Source: Candidatus Limiplasma sp. | GTDB lineage: Bacteria > Bacillota > Clostridia > Christensenellales > Aristaeellaceae | Reading direction: 5' to 3' | Length of the DNA: 24,000 nt | Assembly: GCA_034927815.1 (NCBI GenBank) | Contig: JAYFPK010000012.1 | Span: 20,227 to 44,226 of the forward strand | In this document: piece after piece, positions 8,261 through 16,149 of the stretch | Layout: the number at the start of each line of letters is the position of its first letter | How positions within the stretch are numbered: position 1 is the stretch's first letter | Notes under the pieces: generated by a model | What the model saw: the letters and a program-made list of their open reading frames with translations, nothing else | Told to the model about the DNA's origin: nothing | Databases searched by the model: none | Translations under genes and position numbers: made by a program

Positions 8261-9928
8261 GTGGATAATGATAACAGCGCGAAAATAAAACAAATACTGA
8301 ATATCATTAAAGTGTCATCTCTGGCCTTTCCTGCAATTGCATTTTTACAGTATTACGCGCAGATCCCCAATCAAAACCTGTCCCTTGAGTCCCTGAAGCA
8401 GCAAATGATTGTTACTTTCGTTTTGCTGGCAATTCTGATGATCTATACGGTATGGATCTTTCTGCAAGCAAGAATTGACAATAAGACGGTTATCAAACGG
8501 TTGATCGACCCGATTATTTCGATGTCCATCGTCCTGCTTTCCGTGATTTTAACCGGCTCTTACCAAAGCAACTATAAGTTTCTGTTTATCTTCGTTATCC
8601 TGTTTACAAGCATTGAATGTGACCGCCGCACCAGCCTGACGGTAGCGCTTTTGTCAGCGCTGATCATTTTAGGCATTGATCTGTTTGCTTCCCCACGCAT
8701 TGAAATCAACGCCCATTTTGAAGACGATATTGTACTCGCCTTTGTGTTTGTGATCATCTCCTGGACAGTCAGCTACTACGATGAGATCCGTAAAAAGCAC
8801 ATCGCCTATTTAAAGGACCTTGCCAACATCGACGGGCTGACCGGGCTTTACAACCACCGGTATTTTTACGACTACCTGTCTGCCGAAATCGCAAGCTGCG
8901 CCAAAAAGGGCCTCCCCCTTTCCCTGCTGTTCATCGATATCGACAACTTCAAATACTATAACGATATGTACGGCCACCAAAAGGGCGACGATGTGCTGCG
9001 CTCCATTGCGCTGATCATGAAGGCCGCTTTCCCCAAGGACACCTTCATCGCGCGCTACGGCGGCGAGGAATTTGCCGCCGTGCTCAGCGGCTACAGCGAA
9101 GACCAAGCCGTTACCGAGGCGGAAAAGCTCCGCCGCGCGGTGCAGGAATACCCCTTTGACAGCCAGGAGGGCCTGCCCGCAGGCAACCTGACCGTCTCCG
9201 TCGGTCTGTCGTCCTACCCGCTCAAGGGCAAAACCGACGCGGAACTGATCAAGGGCGCGGACGACGCCTGCTACCGGGCGAAGTTCCTGTGTAAAAACCG
9301 CGTGGAAGCATACTCCTCCATTCTGGACGAGTTCCATTTCACCCCTGAGGTGATCACGCAGATCAAGACGCTGATCGCCGTGATCAACGCCAAGGACAAG
9401 TACACCTACCGGCATGTGGAGCGCGTGGTATTCTACTGCAACCTTCTGGCGAACCAGCTCATGCTCAGCGAGGAGGAAAGGCGGAACCTGGTGTATTCCG
9501 CTTACCTGCACGATATTGGCAAAATCAACATCTCGGAAGACATTTTGGTCAAGACCGAGCCGCTGACTCCGGAGGAATGGTCCATATTGCAGAACCACCC
9601 GCAATATGCCGTGGACATCATCCGCAACAACGACGCTCTGGATGAAGTGAAGCCCATCATCCTCCAGCATCACGAGCGGTATGACGGAAAGGGGTATCCC
9701 CTGGGGCTGAAAGGCGAAGAAATCCACTATCTGGCGCGGCTGCTGACCGTGGTGGACGCTTTCGACGGCATGACTTCCCTGCGGCCGTACCAGAAAACCA
9801 AAACCTACGCCCAGGCCATCGATGAGCTAACCCGGTGCAGCGGTACGCAGTTTGACCCCGATGCCGTGAAAGCCTTTATCCGCTGCATTGAGGAGCGAAA
9901 CAGCGACCGGGTGCCATGCATTCCGTAA
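8261..9928 (+). CDS. Membrane-bound GGDEF + HD-GYP protein (6-TM sensor module; putative bifunctional c-di-GMP synthase/phosphodiesterase)
   Basis: The frame is open from 8237 (TTG). GTG at 8261 is preferred because GGAGG at 8250-8254 lies 6 nt upstream. There are six hydrophobic helices in the first ~180 aa. The GGDEF domain follows (GLYNHRYF, FIDIDNFKYYND, ARYGGEEFAAVL) with no RxxD I-site upstream. The HD-GYP domain comes next (YLHDIGKI, HHERYDGKGYPLGL, VVDAFDGMTSLRPYQ). Confidence 0.9.
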   Translation: MDNDNSAKIKQILNIIKVSSLAFPAIAFLQYYAQIPNQNLSLESLKQQMIVTFVLLAILMIYTVWIFLQARIDNKTVIKRLIDPIISMSIVLLSVILTGSYQSNYKFLFIFVILFTSIECDRRTSLTVALLSALIILGIDLFASPRIEINAHFEDDIVLAFVFVIISWTVSYYDEIRKKHIAYLKDLANIDGLTGLYNHRYFYDYLSAEIASCAKKGLPLSLLFIDIDNFKYYNDMYGHQKGDDVLRSIALIMKAAFPKDTFIARYGGEEFAAVLSGYSEDQAVTEAEKLRRAVQEYPFDSQEGLPAGNLTVSVGLSSYPLKGKTDAELIKGADDACYRAKFLCKNRVEAYSSILDEFHFTPEVITQIKTLIAVINAKDKYTYRHVERVVFYCNLLANQLMLSEEERRNLVYSAYLHDIGKINISEDILVKTEPLTPEEWSILQNHPQYAVDIIRNNDALDEVKPIILQHHERYDGKGYPLGLKGEEIHYLARLLTVVDAFDGMTSLRPYQKTKTYAQAIDELTRCSGTQFDPDAVKAFIRCIEERNSDRVPCIP

Positions 9929-10132
9929 TGGGGCATACTGTAACGCCATTGATCTTTTCTTGCCATATGGCTTTCTCCATCCCCTTGTACAAATATCCCG
10001 CCCGCTTTTGCATGGGGCTGGACCCTTCCAAAGCGGTGCGGCGCATTTTCCCTGTTCTAAAGGCGCCGGAATGGGTATAGTGTCCCTATGACCGGTATTT
10101 TCGGCTGTGATGGAGAAAGGGGGACATTGAGA

Positions 10133-11593
10133 ATGTTCCGAAAGCTGTACAGCGAGGGCAAGATTTTTTCGAACCTGTATGACGGGCAATGGGTCGAAGC
10201 CTCGTCCAATGCGCTCATAGACATTATTTCCCCGGTGGACGGTTCCTTGGTGGGAAAGGTGCCCGCCATGACCCGGGAGGATGTGGACCGGGCCGTGGCA
10301 AATACCAAGGAGAATCTGCCCCTCTGGGCGGAAACGCCCATTTACGAACGGGCCCTGGTATTTTATAGGGCTGCGGACCTGCTGGAGCAAAACGCCCAGG
10401 AGATCGGCAGCGTTTTGACCATGGAAATTGCCAAGGATGAAAAATCCGCGGTGTACGAGGTCAGGCGGACGGCGGACTTTTTGCGCTATACCGCCGACGT
10501 GGGCAAAAGCCTGTCGGGGGAGGCCGTCAGCGGCGATCATTTCCCCGGAGGCAGCAAAAATAAAATCTCCTATGTCAACCGGGTGCCTTTGGGCACGGTA
10601 TTGGCGATTTCCCCCTTCAACTACCCCGTCAACCTGTCCGTGTCCAAGGTGGCCCCGGCGCTGATCGGCGGCAATACCGTGCTGCTGAAGCCGGCCACCC
10701 AGGGCACCATCAGCGCGCTGCACCTGGCCCGGGTCTTCCAGGAGGCTGGGCTGCCCAGAGGCGTTCTGAACACGGTCTCGGGCCGGGGCAGCGATATTGG
10801 CGACTATATCGTCACCCACCCCGGGGTGGATTTCATCAATTTCACCGGCAGCACCGAGGTGGGACGGCATATCTCCAAGCTGGCCAATATGGTGCCCCTG
10901 ATGCTGGAATTGGGCGGCAAGGACGCCGCCATCGTCCTTCCCGACGCAAACCTGGATTTTGCGGCGGAAAATATCGTTTCCGGAGCCTACTCCTATTCCG
11001 GCCAGCGCTGCACGGCTGTCAAGCGCATTCTGGCGGAGGGGGCGGTGGCGGACCGGCTGATCCCCAAGCTGCTGTCCCGCATTGAGAAATTAAAGGTAGG
11101 CGATCCCCGGGAGAACGCGGTGATCGTGCCCTTGATCAACCCCAAGGCCGCCGATTTTGTGATGTCCCTCATCCAAGACGCCCTGGACAAAGGGGCGAAG
11201 CTCCTAACCGGCGGAGGGCGGCAAGGCTCTCTGATTGAGCCCACGCTGATAGACCATGTTACCACGGACATGCGCCTGGCTTGGGAGGAGCCCTTCGGCC
11301 CGGTGCTGCCGATTCTGCGGGTGAAGGATACCCAGGAGGCCATCGATATTGCCAACCGCTCGGAATATGGGCTGCAATCTTCGGTGTTCACCAACAATAT
11401 TCACGACGCGTTTTTCGTAGCCAACCGGCTCGAGGTGGGCACAGTGCAAATCAACAACAAAACGGAACGCGGTCCCGACCACTTCCCCTTCCTGGGGGTC
11501 AAGGCCTCGGGCATGGGCACCCAGGGCGTAAAGTATTCCATTGAGGCCATGACACGGCCCAAGGCTGTGGTGTTCAACCTGGACGCGCAATAG
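10133..11593 (+). CDS. gapN: Non-phosphorylating NADP-dependent glyceraldehyde-3-phosphate dehydrogenase
   Basis: ATG at 10133 is preceded by GGAGAAAGGGGGA. The product is collinear from memory with Streptococcus GapN. Shared motifs are AISPFNYPVNL, FINFTGST, MLELGGKDAAIV, YSGQRCTAVKR (catalytic Cys), WEEPFGPVLPI, and EVGTVQINNKTERGPDHFPFLG followed by SGMGTQGVKYSIEAM. Confidence 0.9.
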   Translation: MFRKLYSEGKIFSNLYDGQWVEASSNALIDIISPVDGSLVGKVPAMTREDVDRAVANTKENLPLWAETPIYERALVFYRAADLLEQNAQEIGSVLTMEIAKDEKSAVYEVRRTADFLRYTADVGKSLSGEAVSGDHFPGGSKNKISYVNRVPLGTVLAISPFNYPVNLSVSKVAPALIGGNTVLLKPATQGTISALHLARVFQEAGLPRGVLNTVSGRGSDIGDYIVTHPGVDFINFTGSTEVGRHISKLANMVPLMLELGGKDAAIVLPDANLDFAAENIVSGAYSYSGQRCTAVKRILAEGAVADRLIPKLLSRIEKLKVGDPRENAVIVPLINPKAADFVMSLIQDALDKGAKLLTGGGRQGSLIEPTLIDHVTTDMRLAWEEPFGPVLPILRVKDTQEAIDIANRSEYGLQSSVFTNNIHDAFFVANRLEVGTVQINNKTERGPDHFPFLGVKASGMGTQGVKYSIEAMTRPKAVVFNLDAQ

Positions 11594-11834
11594 CGCCGCC
11601 GCCAAAGGCCCAGGCTCCAATGCCCCGCCCCGCAGTTTTCCTGCGGCCATAGATTGCATGGGAAGGGCTGCGGCCAAGGAGGCCGCCCCCTGGGCGCAAT
11701 GGGGTGCAGCGCCCGCCGGTATCCCAGAGAGGGCCTTGGGGGTCCATTTGGGGCCCATCCCTGAATCCCATGGCGATATCTGCCCCGCTCCCGCCATTCT
11801 TTGCAGCCTTCCGGGGTTTATCACGGCCCGCATT

Positions 11835-11882
11835 CCAAAGGCCCGCGCCAAGCTGCTTTTCCAGCTTGGCGCGGGCCTTTGG
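11835..11882. terminator. Perfect 21-bp-stem inverted repeat between convergent gapN and copZ
   Basis: CCAAAGGCCCGCGCCAAGCTG-cttttc-CAGCTTGGCGCGGGCCTTTGG. No U-tract follows on either strand, so a terminator role is inferred only from its position between convergent operons. Confidence 0.4.
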
Positions 11883-11938
11883 TGAGTGCCGCCTCTTGCA
11901 AAGCGGGAACCGTAAAGTTCCCCTTGCTCCTCCAGGCG

Positions 11939-12145
11939 TCAGGCCACGTCGTAGCCCTGTTCCTGGATTTCAGCCTTGATCGCATCCAGAGCGCTTTGCG
12001 CGGGGTCGTGCTCCACGGTAACCGTGCCCGCCTTCAGGTCCACGCTCACGCCGCCGATGCCCGGCAAGGCGCTTACCGCCTTGGTGACTGCCTTTACACA
12101 GTGCTCGCAGGACATGCCGTCCACCTTGAGGATCGCTTTCTCCAT
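11939..12145 (-). CDS. copZ: Copper chaperone, HMA domain
   Basis: 68 aa: MEKAILKVDGMSCEHCVKAV... with the GMxCxxC metal-binding motif on a ferredoxin-like fold. AGGAGG RBS. It is the last gene of the copA operon. Confidence 0.9.
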   Translation of the reverse strand: MEKAILKVDGMSCEHCVKAVTKAVSALPGIGGVSVDLKAGTVTVEHDPAQSALDAIKAEIQEQGYDVA

Positions 12146-12159
12146 CAGGAATGCCTCCT

Positions 12160-12900
12160 TTATTGCAAGTCAAAGGGTTTCAGGAATTTCCACACCTGGG
12201 CGGCCTTGCCGTCCTCCTCCATGGAAACCTGGGCGTATGCCCAGCCCTGTACCTTTTCAGGGTCAACCCCCGCCGCGATCAGCGGCTCGGGGTTCAGCAC
12301 GAACACGATGTCCTTATCCTGGTTGGAGTTGTCGTAGCCGCTGGTTTTCATATCGTTGGCCCATTCAAACATGTTGCCGCCGCCCAGCTTCACGCCATAG
12401 TGGTCCAAAGAGGTATGGTAGTTGATAAAGTCCCGGTACTTGCCCACAATCTGCTCGTACGCCGCCAGCGCCGTGGGGCTGCCGGTGTAGGTCAGCTTGT
12501 CGTTGCCCAGCTTCGTGCCTACCGTCAGCCTCTGGCTTCCCAGGCCGCCCGTGGCCTCTCCTTCCGAAAAGGCATAAGCGCCGGGCAGCTTCTGCGGGTC
12601 CAACCCCGCGTCAAGGAAGGGCTGCGCGTCCACTTCCAGCATCACGTCGTACACAGGGGATTGGCTGTAATCTCCGCTCCAAATGAAGCGCGCCGAATCG
12701 TCCGGCGCCATGAGCGCCCAGCCCGCGTTCGCTTCATCCGCGGCAACCCTGTCGGGAATGGTTTTCAGCACCTCCTCAAAGGAGGCGATGGACTGCTGAC
12801 CTACCACGTCCAGGGACTTTATCCCCGAGCAGGCGGTGAGTACCGCCCCCAGGGCCAGGGCTGCGGCACCCGCCGCGATCCGTTTAAAGGTATTTTTCAT
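12160..12900 (-). CDS. Lipoprotein of unknown function embedded in the copA-copZ operon
   Basis: The signal peptide has a lipobox (AALALGAVLTAC|SG). The 246-aa product is acidic. An internal two-fold repeat contains P(F/L)(L/I)xAG(L/V)DP(Q/E)K(L/V)xG. It lies 16 nt after copA and 14 nt before copZ. I recognise no family. Confidence 0.75.
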   Translation of the reverse strand: MKNTFKRIAAGAAALALGAVLTACSGIKSLDVVGQQSIASFEEVLKTIPDRVAADEANAGWALMAPDDSARFIWSGDYSQSPVYDVMLEVDAQPFLDAGLDPQKLPGAYAFSEGEATGGLGSQRLTVGTKLGNDKLTYTGSPTALAAYEQIVGKYRDFINYHTSLDHYGVKLGGGNMFEWANDMKTSGYDNSNQDKDIVFVLNPEPLIAAGVDPEKVQGWAYAQVSMEEDGKAAQVWKFLKPFDLQ

Positions 12901-12916
12901 AATGCACCGTCCTTTC

Positions 12917-15394
12917 TTAGCGGCTGGCCTTAAACCTTTTCAGCCGCAGGGCGTTGGTCAACACGGATACCGAGCTGAGGCTCATGGCCGCGGCCGCAAA
13001 CATCGGGTTGAGAAGGGGTCCGTTAAAGAGCAGGTGGAGGATGCCCGCGGCGATGGGAATCCCGATTACGTTGTACCCAAAGGCCCAAAAGAGGTTCTGC
13101 TTAATGTTGCGGATGGTGCTGTTGGAAAGCTGGATCGCGGTAGGAACGTCCATCAGGTCGCTGCGCATCAGCACGATGTCCGCGCTCTCCATGGCCACAT
13201 CGGTGCCGGAGCCTATGGCGATGCCGACGTCCGCCTGGGCCAGGGCCGGCGCGTCGTTGATGCCGTCCCCCACCATGGCGACCTTGCGGCCTTCGGCCTG
13301 CAGCTTCTTCACCTCGTTGGACTTATCCTGGGGCAGCACCTCGGCCAACACACGGTCGATGCCCACCTGCTTGGCAATGGCGGCGGCGGTCTTTTGGTTG
13401 TCCCCGGTAATCATCGCCACCTCAATGCCCATTTTGTGAAGCCTTTCCACCGCCGCCTTGCTGGAGGCCTTCATCACGTCGGCCACAGCCACAATGCCCG
13501 CCAGCTGCCCATCCATGGCGACGTACATCGGCGTCTTGCCCTCCTGGGCCAGCCGGTCGCTGGCTTCCTCCATCCCCGCCAGGGAAATCTCCCGCTCCTC
13601 CATCAGCTTGCGGTTCCCCGCCAGAACGCCGCGGCCGCCGATCCGCGCCTCAATGCCGCGCCCGGTGATGGATTCAAAGCCGTCCACCTTCAGCAACTCC
13701 AGCCCCTTGGCCTGGGCCCCCGCCACGATTGCCTGCCCCAGGGGATGCTCGGAGCCTTTCTCGGCGGAAGCGGTCATTTGCAAAAGCCCGTCGGAGGGGG
13801 AGCCGTCCACGGTCAAAACATCCGTAACGGTAGGCTTGCCCTCGGTAATCGTGCCGGTCTTGTCAAACACGATGGTCTGTATCTTGTGAGCCGTTTCCAG
13901 CGCCTCGCCGCCCTTGATCAAAATCCCGTTTTCCGCGCCCTTGCCGGTTCCCACCATAATGGCGGTGGGGGTCGCCAGCCCCAGCGCGCAGGGGCACGCG
14001 ATTACCAGCACGGAGATGAAGATCGTCAGCGCAAACTTGATATCCCCACCCGTTCCAAAGAACCACGCCACACCGGCCACAAGGGCGATCAGGCAGACAA
14101 CCGGCACAAACACGCCGGAAACCTTGTCGGCCATGGCAGCGATGGGCGCTTTGCTGCCCTGGGCATCCTCCACCAGCTTGATGATCTGGGCCAGCGCCGT
14201 GTCCGCGCCGATTTTATCCGCCCGGAACTGGATGACGCCGGTGGTGTTGATCGTCGCCGCATACACGGAGCTGCCCGCTTTCTTATCCACCGGCATGCTC
14301 TCCCCGGTGAGCATGGATTCGTCGATGGAGGTATGCCCCTCCAGAACCGTGCCGTCCACCGGAATCTTCGCTCCGGGCTTCACCACGATCACGTCGCCGA
14401 TTTCCACCTCTTCAATGGGGATTTCCTTTTCCACGCCGTTTTGCAGAATGATCGCCGTTTTTGGCGCCAGCCCCATCAGCTTCTTGATGGCCTCGCTGGT
14501 TTTGCCCTTTGACACAGCCTCCAGGGTTTTGCCCAGCAAAATCAGGGTGATAATGACCCCCGCCGTTTCAAAGTAGAGGGCCTCCACCGCCATGAAACGC
14601 CCTTGGGCGATTTGCCATGTATTGTAGATGCTGTACAGCACGGCGGCAGTGGTGCCGATGGCGATGAGCGAGTCCATGTTGGGGCTCCTCTGCCAAAGGG
14701 CCTTGAAGCCGACGGTGTAAAACCTGTATCCCACGGCGATGACGGGGATGACCAGCGCCAGCTGCAGTAGCGCGTAAATCAGGGGGTAGTTCATGGGATC
14801 AAGGGATTTGGGGTAGGGCAGCCTGATCCCGTAGTGGGTCAGCATGGGTACCATGGCGATGTACAGCAGCGGCAAGGAGAACACCGCGGAGATGATGAAC
14901 TTCGTCCACAGCGTTTTGATCTCCTTTTGCTTGCGCGCCCGGTCCTCGTCGGCGGCGTCCGCCTTTTTGATCTCCAGCGCCTTGTATCCCGCCTTCTCAA
15001 TGGCCTCCCGGATATCGGAAAGGCGGACCTGCTGCGGGAAGTACGCCACCGTGGCCTTTTCGGTGGCGAAGTTCACCGAAGCGCTTTCCACGCCCTCCAG
15101 CTTCCTGATGGCCTTCTCCACCCGCTGCGCGCAGGCCGCGCAGGTCATGCCGCCGATGGGGATGGCGACGTTCTGGCTGTCTGCCTTTTCCACCACCTGA
15201 TAGCCGATTTTGGCTACGGCATCCTTGATATCGGCAAGCCGGAGCGCCGCGCCGTCATATTCCACGAACAGCTTCTCGCTGGCGAGGTTCACATTGGCCT
15301 GGGCAATGCCGGGAAGCTTGCGCACGACCTTCTCGATCCGTTGGGCGCAAGCCGCACAGGTCATGCCGCGTATGCTCAATACTTGGTTTTCCAT
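12917..15394 (-). CDS. copA: Copper-translocating P1B-type ATPase with two N-terminal HMA domains
   Basis: 825 aa. Two [10 protein letters not shown](I/V)EK motifs, plus TGESMPV, the transmembrane CPC motif ([11 protein letters not shown]), DKTGTIT, MITGDN and [13 protein letters not shown]. Confidence 0.95.
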   Translation of the reverse strand: MENQVLSIRGMTCAACAQRIEKVVRKLPGIAQANVNLASEKLFVEYDGAALRLADIKDAVAKIGYQVVEKADSQNVAIPIGGMTCAACAQRVEKAIRKLEGVESASVNFATEKATVAYFPQQVRLSDIREAIEKAGYKALEIKKADAADEDRARKQKEIKTLWTKFIISAVFSLPLLYIAMVPMLTHYGIRLPYPKSLDPMNYPLIYALLQLALVIPVIAVGYRFYTVGFKALWQRSPNMDSLIAIGTTAAVLYSIYNTWQIAQGRFMAVEALYFETAGVIITLILLGKTLEAVSKGKTSEAIKKLMGLAPKTAIILQNGVEKEIPIEEVEIGDVIVVKPGAKIPVDGTVLEGHTSIDESMLTGESMPVDKKAGSSVYAATINTTGVIQFRADKIGADTALAQIIKLVEDAQGSKAPIAAMADKVSGVFVPVVCLIALVAGVAWFFGTGGDIKFALTIFISVLVIACPCALGLATPTAIMVGTGKGAENGILIKGGEALETAHKIQTIVFDKTGTITEGKPTVTDVLTVDGSPSDGLLQMTASAEKGSEHPLGQAIVAGAQAKGLELLKVDGFESITGRGIEARIGGRGVLAGNRKLMEEREISLAGMEEASDRLAQEGKTPMYVAMDGQLAGIVAVADVMKASSKAAVERLHKMGIEVAMITGDNQKTAAAIAKQVGIDRVLAEVLPQDKSNEVKKLQAEGRKVAMVGDGINDAPALAQADVGIAIGSGTDVAMESADIVLMRSDLMDVPTAIQLSNSTIRNIKQNLFWAFGYNVIGIPIAAGILHLLFNGPLLNPMFAAAAMSLSSVSVLTNALRLKRFKASR

Positions 15395-15484
15395 GTAGGG
15401 AGTCTCCTTTCCGTCTAGGTGTGCGGCGGCCTGTTGGCTTTCTGAACGCCGGTCACAATATCATTTTAGACTCAATTAATCTTT

Positions 15485-15517
15485 TTGCAAGTATGCACTT
15501 TATTGTAATATAGTATC
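15485..15517. promoter_or_regulatory. 33-bp repeat copy 1 in the copA upstream region (shared palindromic -35 TTGCAA; candidate operator)
   Basis: TTGCAAGTATGCACTTTATTGTAATATAGTATC matches 15718-15750 at 28 of 33 positions, with an identical 18-mer TTATTGTAATATAGTATC. On the minus strand, TTGCAA-16 nt-TAAAAT (15463-15468) is a plausible copA promoter. Confidence 0.5.
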
Positions 15518-15717
15518 CAAAAAGAAACTATAAGAGCTCACAACAGGTACGGCTCCCGCCGGGTACGCTCCCATGCTTGCTGCCATGCCGGAGGCAGCCT
15601 CCTTCCAAAAGCATTTCCGCACTTTGCCTATGCTCTCCCGCCTCTTGTCCGCCGGGGAAGGGCAGCTCTTGACGGGCGGTCCAGCCCATGCTATCATTAG
15701 CATAGCAATTTTAATAA

Positions 15718-15750
15718 TTGCTAGTATATGCGTTATTGTAATATAGTATC
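15718..15750 (+). promoter_or_regulatory. 33-bp repeat copy 2: promoter/operator of the HxlR-family gene
   Basis: TTGCTA (15718-15723), an 18-nt spacer, then TATAGT (15742-15747), followed by GGAGG at 15766-15770 and the ATG at 15778. It lies exactly 233 bp from copy 1 in the same orientation. Confidence 0.5.
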
Positions 15751-15777
15751 GAAACAGATCCTAAAGGAGGATCATGC

Positions 15778-16149
15778 ATGGACTGTTGCAACACCACTTA
15801 TCACTGCCCCGTTGACACCACGATCAACATGATTGGCGGGAAGTACAAATCCCTCATCCTATGGCACCTGATCAGCGGCACGCTGCGCTTTGGGGAGCTT
15901 CGCAGGCTGATCCCCCAGGCTACGCCCAAGATGCTGACCCAGCAGCTTCGGGAGCTGGAGGAAAATAACCTGATCGCTCGCACCGTGTACCCCGTGGTAC
16001 CGCCAAAGGTGGAATACGCCCTGACCGATTTGGGGCGAAGCATCCGCCCCATCCTTTCGGCCATGTATGACTGGGGGGCGGACTACCTGACGCAAAGCGG
16101 GATTCAGGTCAACTGCTCCATGTCCGCCCCCATGCCGCCAAACGGTTAA
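15778..16149 (+). CDS. HxlR-family winged-helix transcriptional regulator with Cys-rich N-terminus
   Basis: 123 aa. CPVDTTINMIGGKYKSLILWHL...RFGELRR..P..TPKMLTQQLRELEENNLI.R.VYP.VPPKVEYALT.LG is the classic HxlR/YodB/HypR pattern. The N-terminus is MDCCNTTYHC (Cys3, Cys4, His9, Cys10). Confidence 0.88.
   Translation: MDCCNTTYHCPVDTTINMIGGKYKSLILWHLISGTLRFGELRRLIPQATPKMLTQQLRELEENNLIARTVYPVVPPKVEYALTDLGRSIRPILSAMYDWGADYLTQSGIQVNCSMSAPMPPNG

Noticed and set aside
8810-10870. Minus-strand ORFs 8810-9727 (305 aa) and 9827-10870 (347 aa)
   Set aside because: They lie antisense to the GGDEF/HD-GYP gene and to gapN. They have no recognisable motifs and a shadow-frame composition.
12836-15418. Plus-strand ORFs 12836-14512 (558 aa), 13914-14576 and 14834-15418
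   Set aside because: They lie antisense to copA, whose P-type ATPase motifs are complete. The products are His/Gly/Arg/Asp-rich junk.
15573-15745. A ~57-codon plus-strand ORF (MLAAMPEAASFQKHF...) between the two copies of the 33-bp promoter/operator repeat, and the minus-strand ORF 15500-15703
   Set aside because: They have no RBS and an unremarkable composition, and the plus-strand ORF terminates inside the second repeat. They are probably non-coding spacer.
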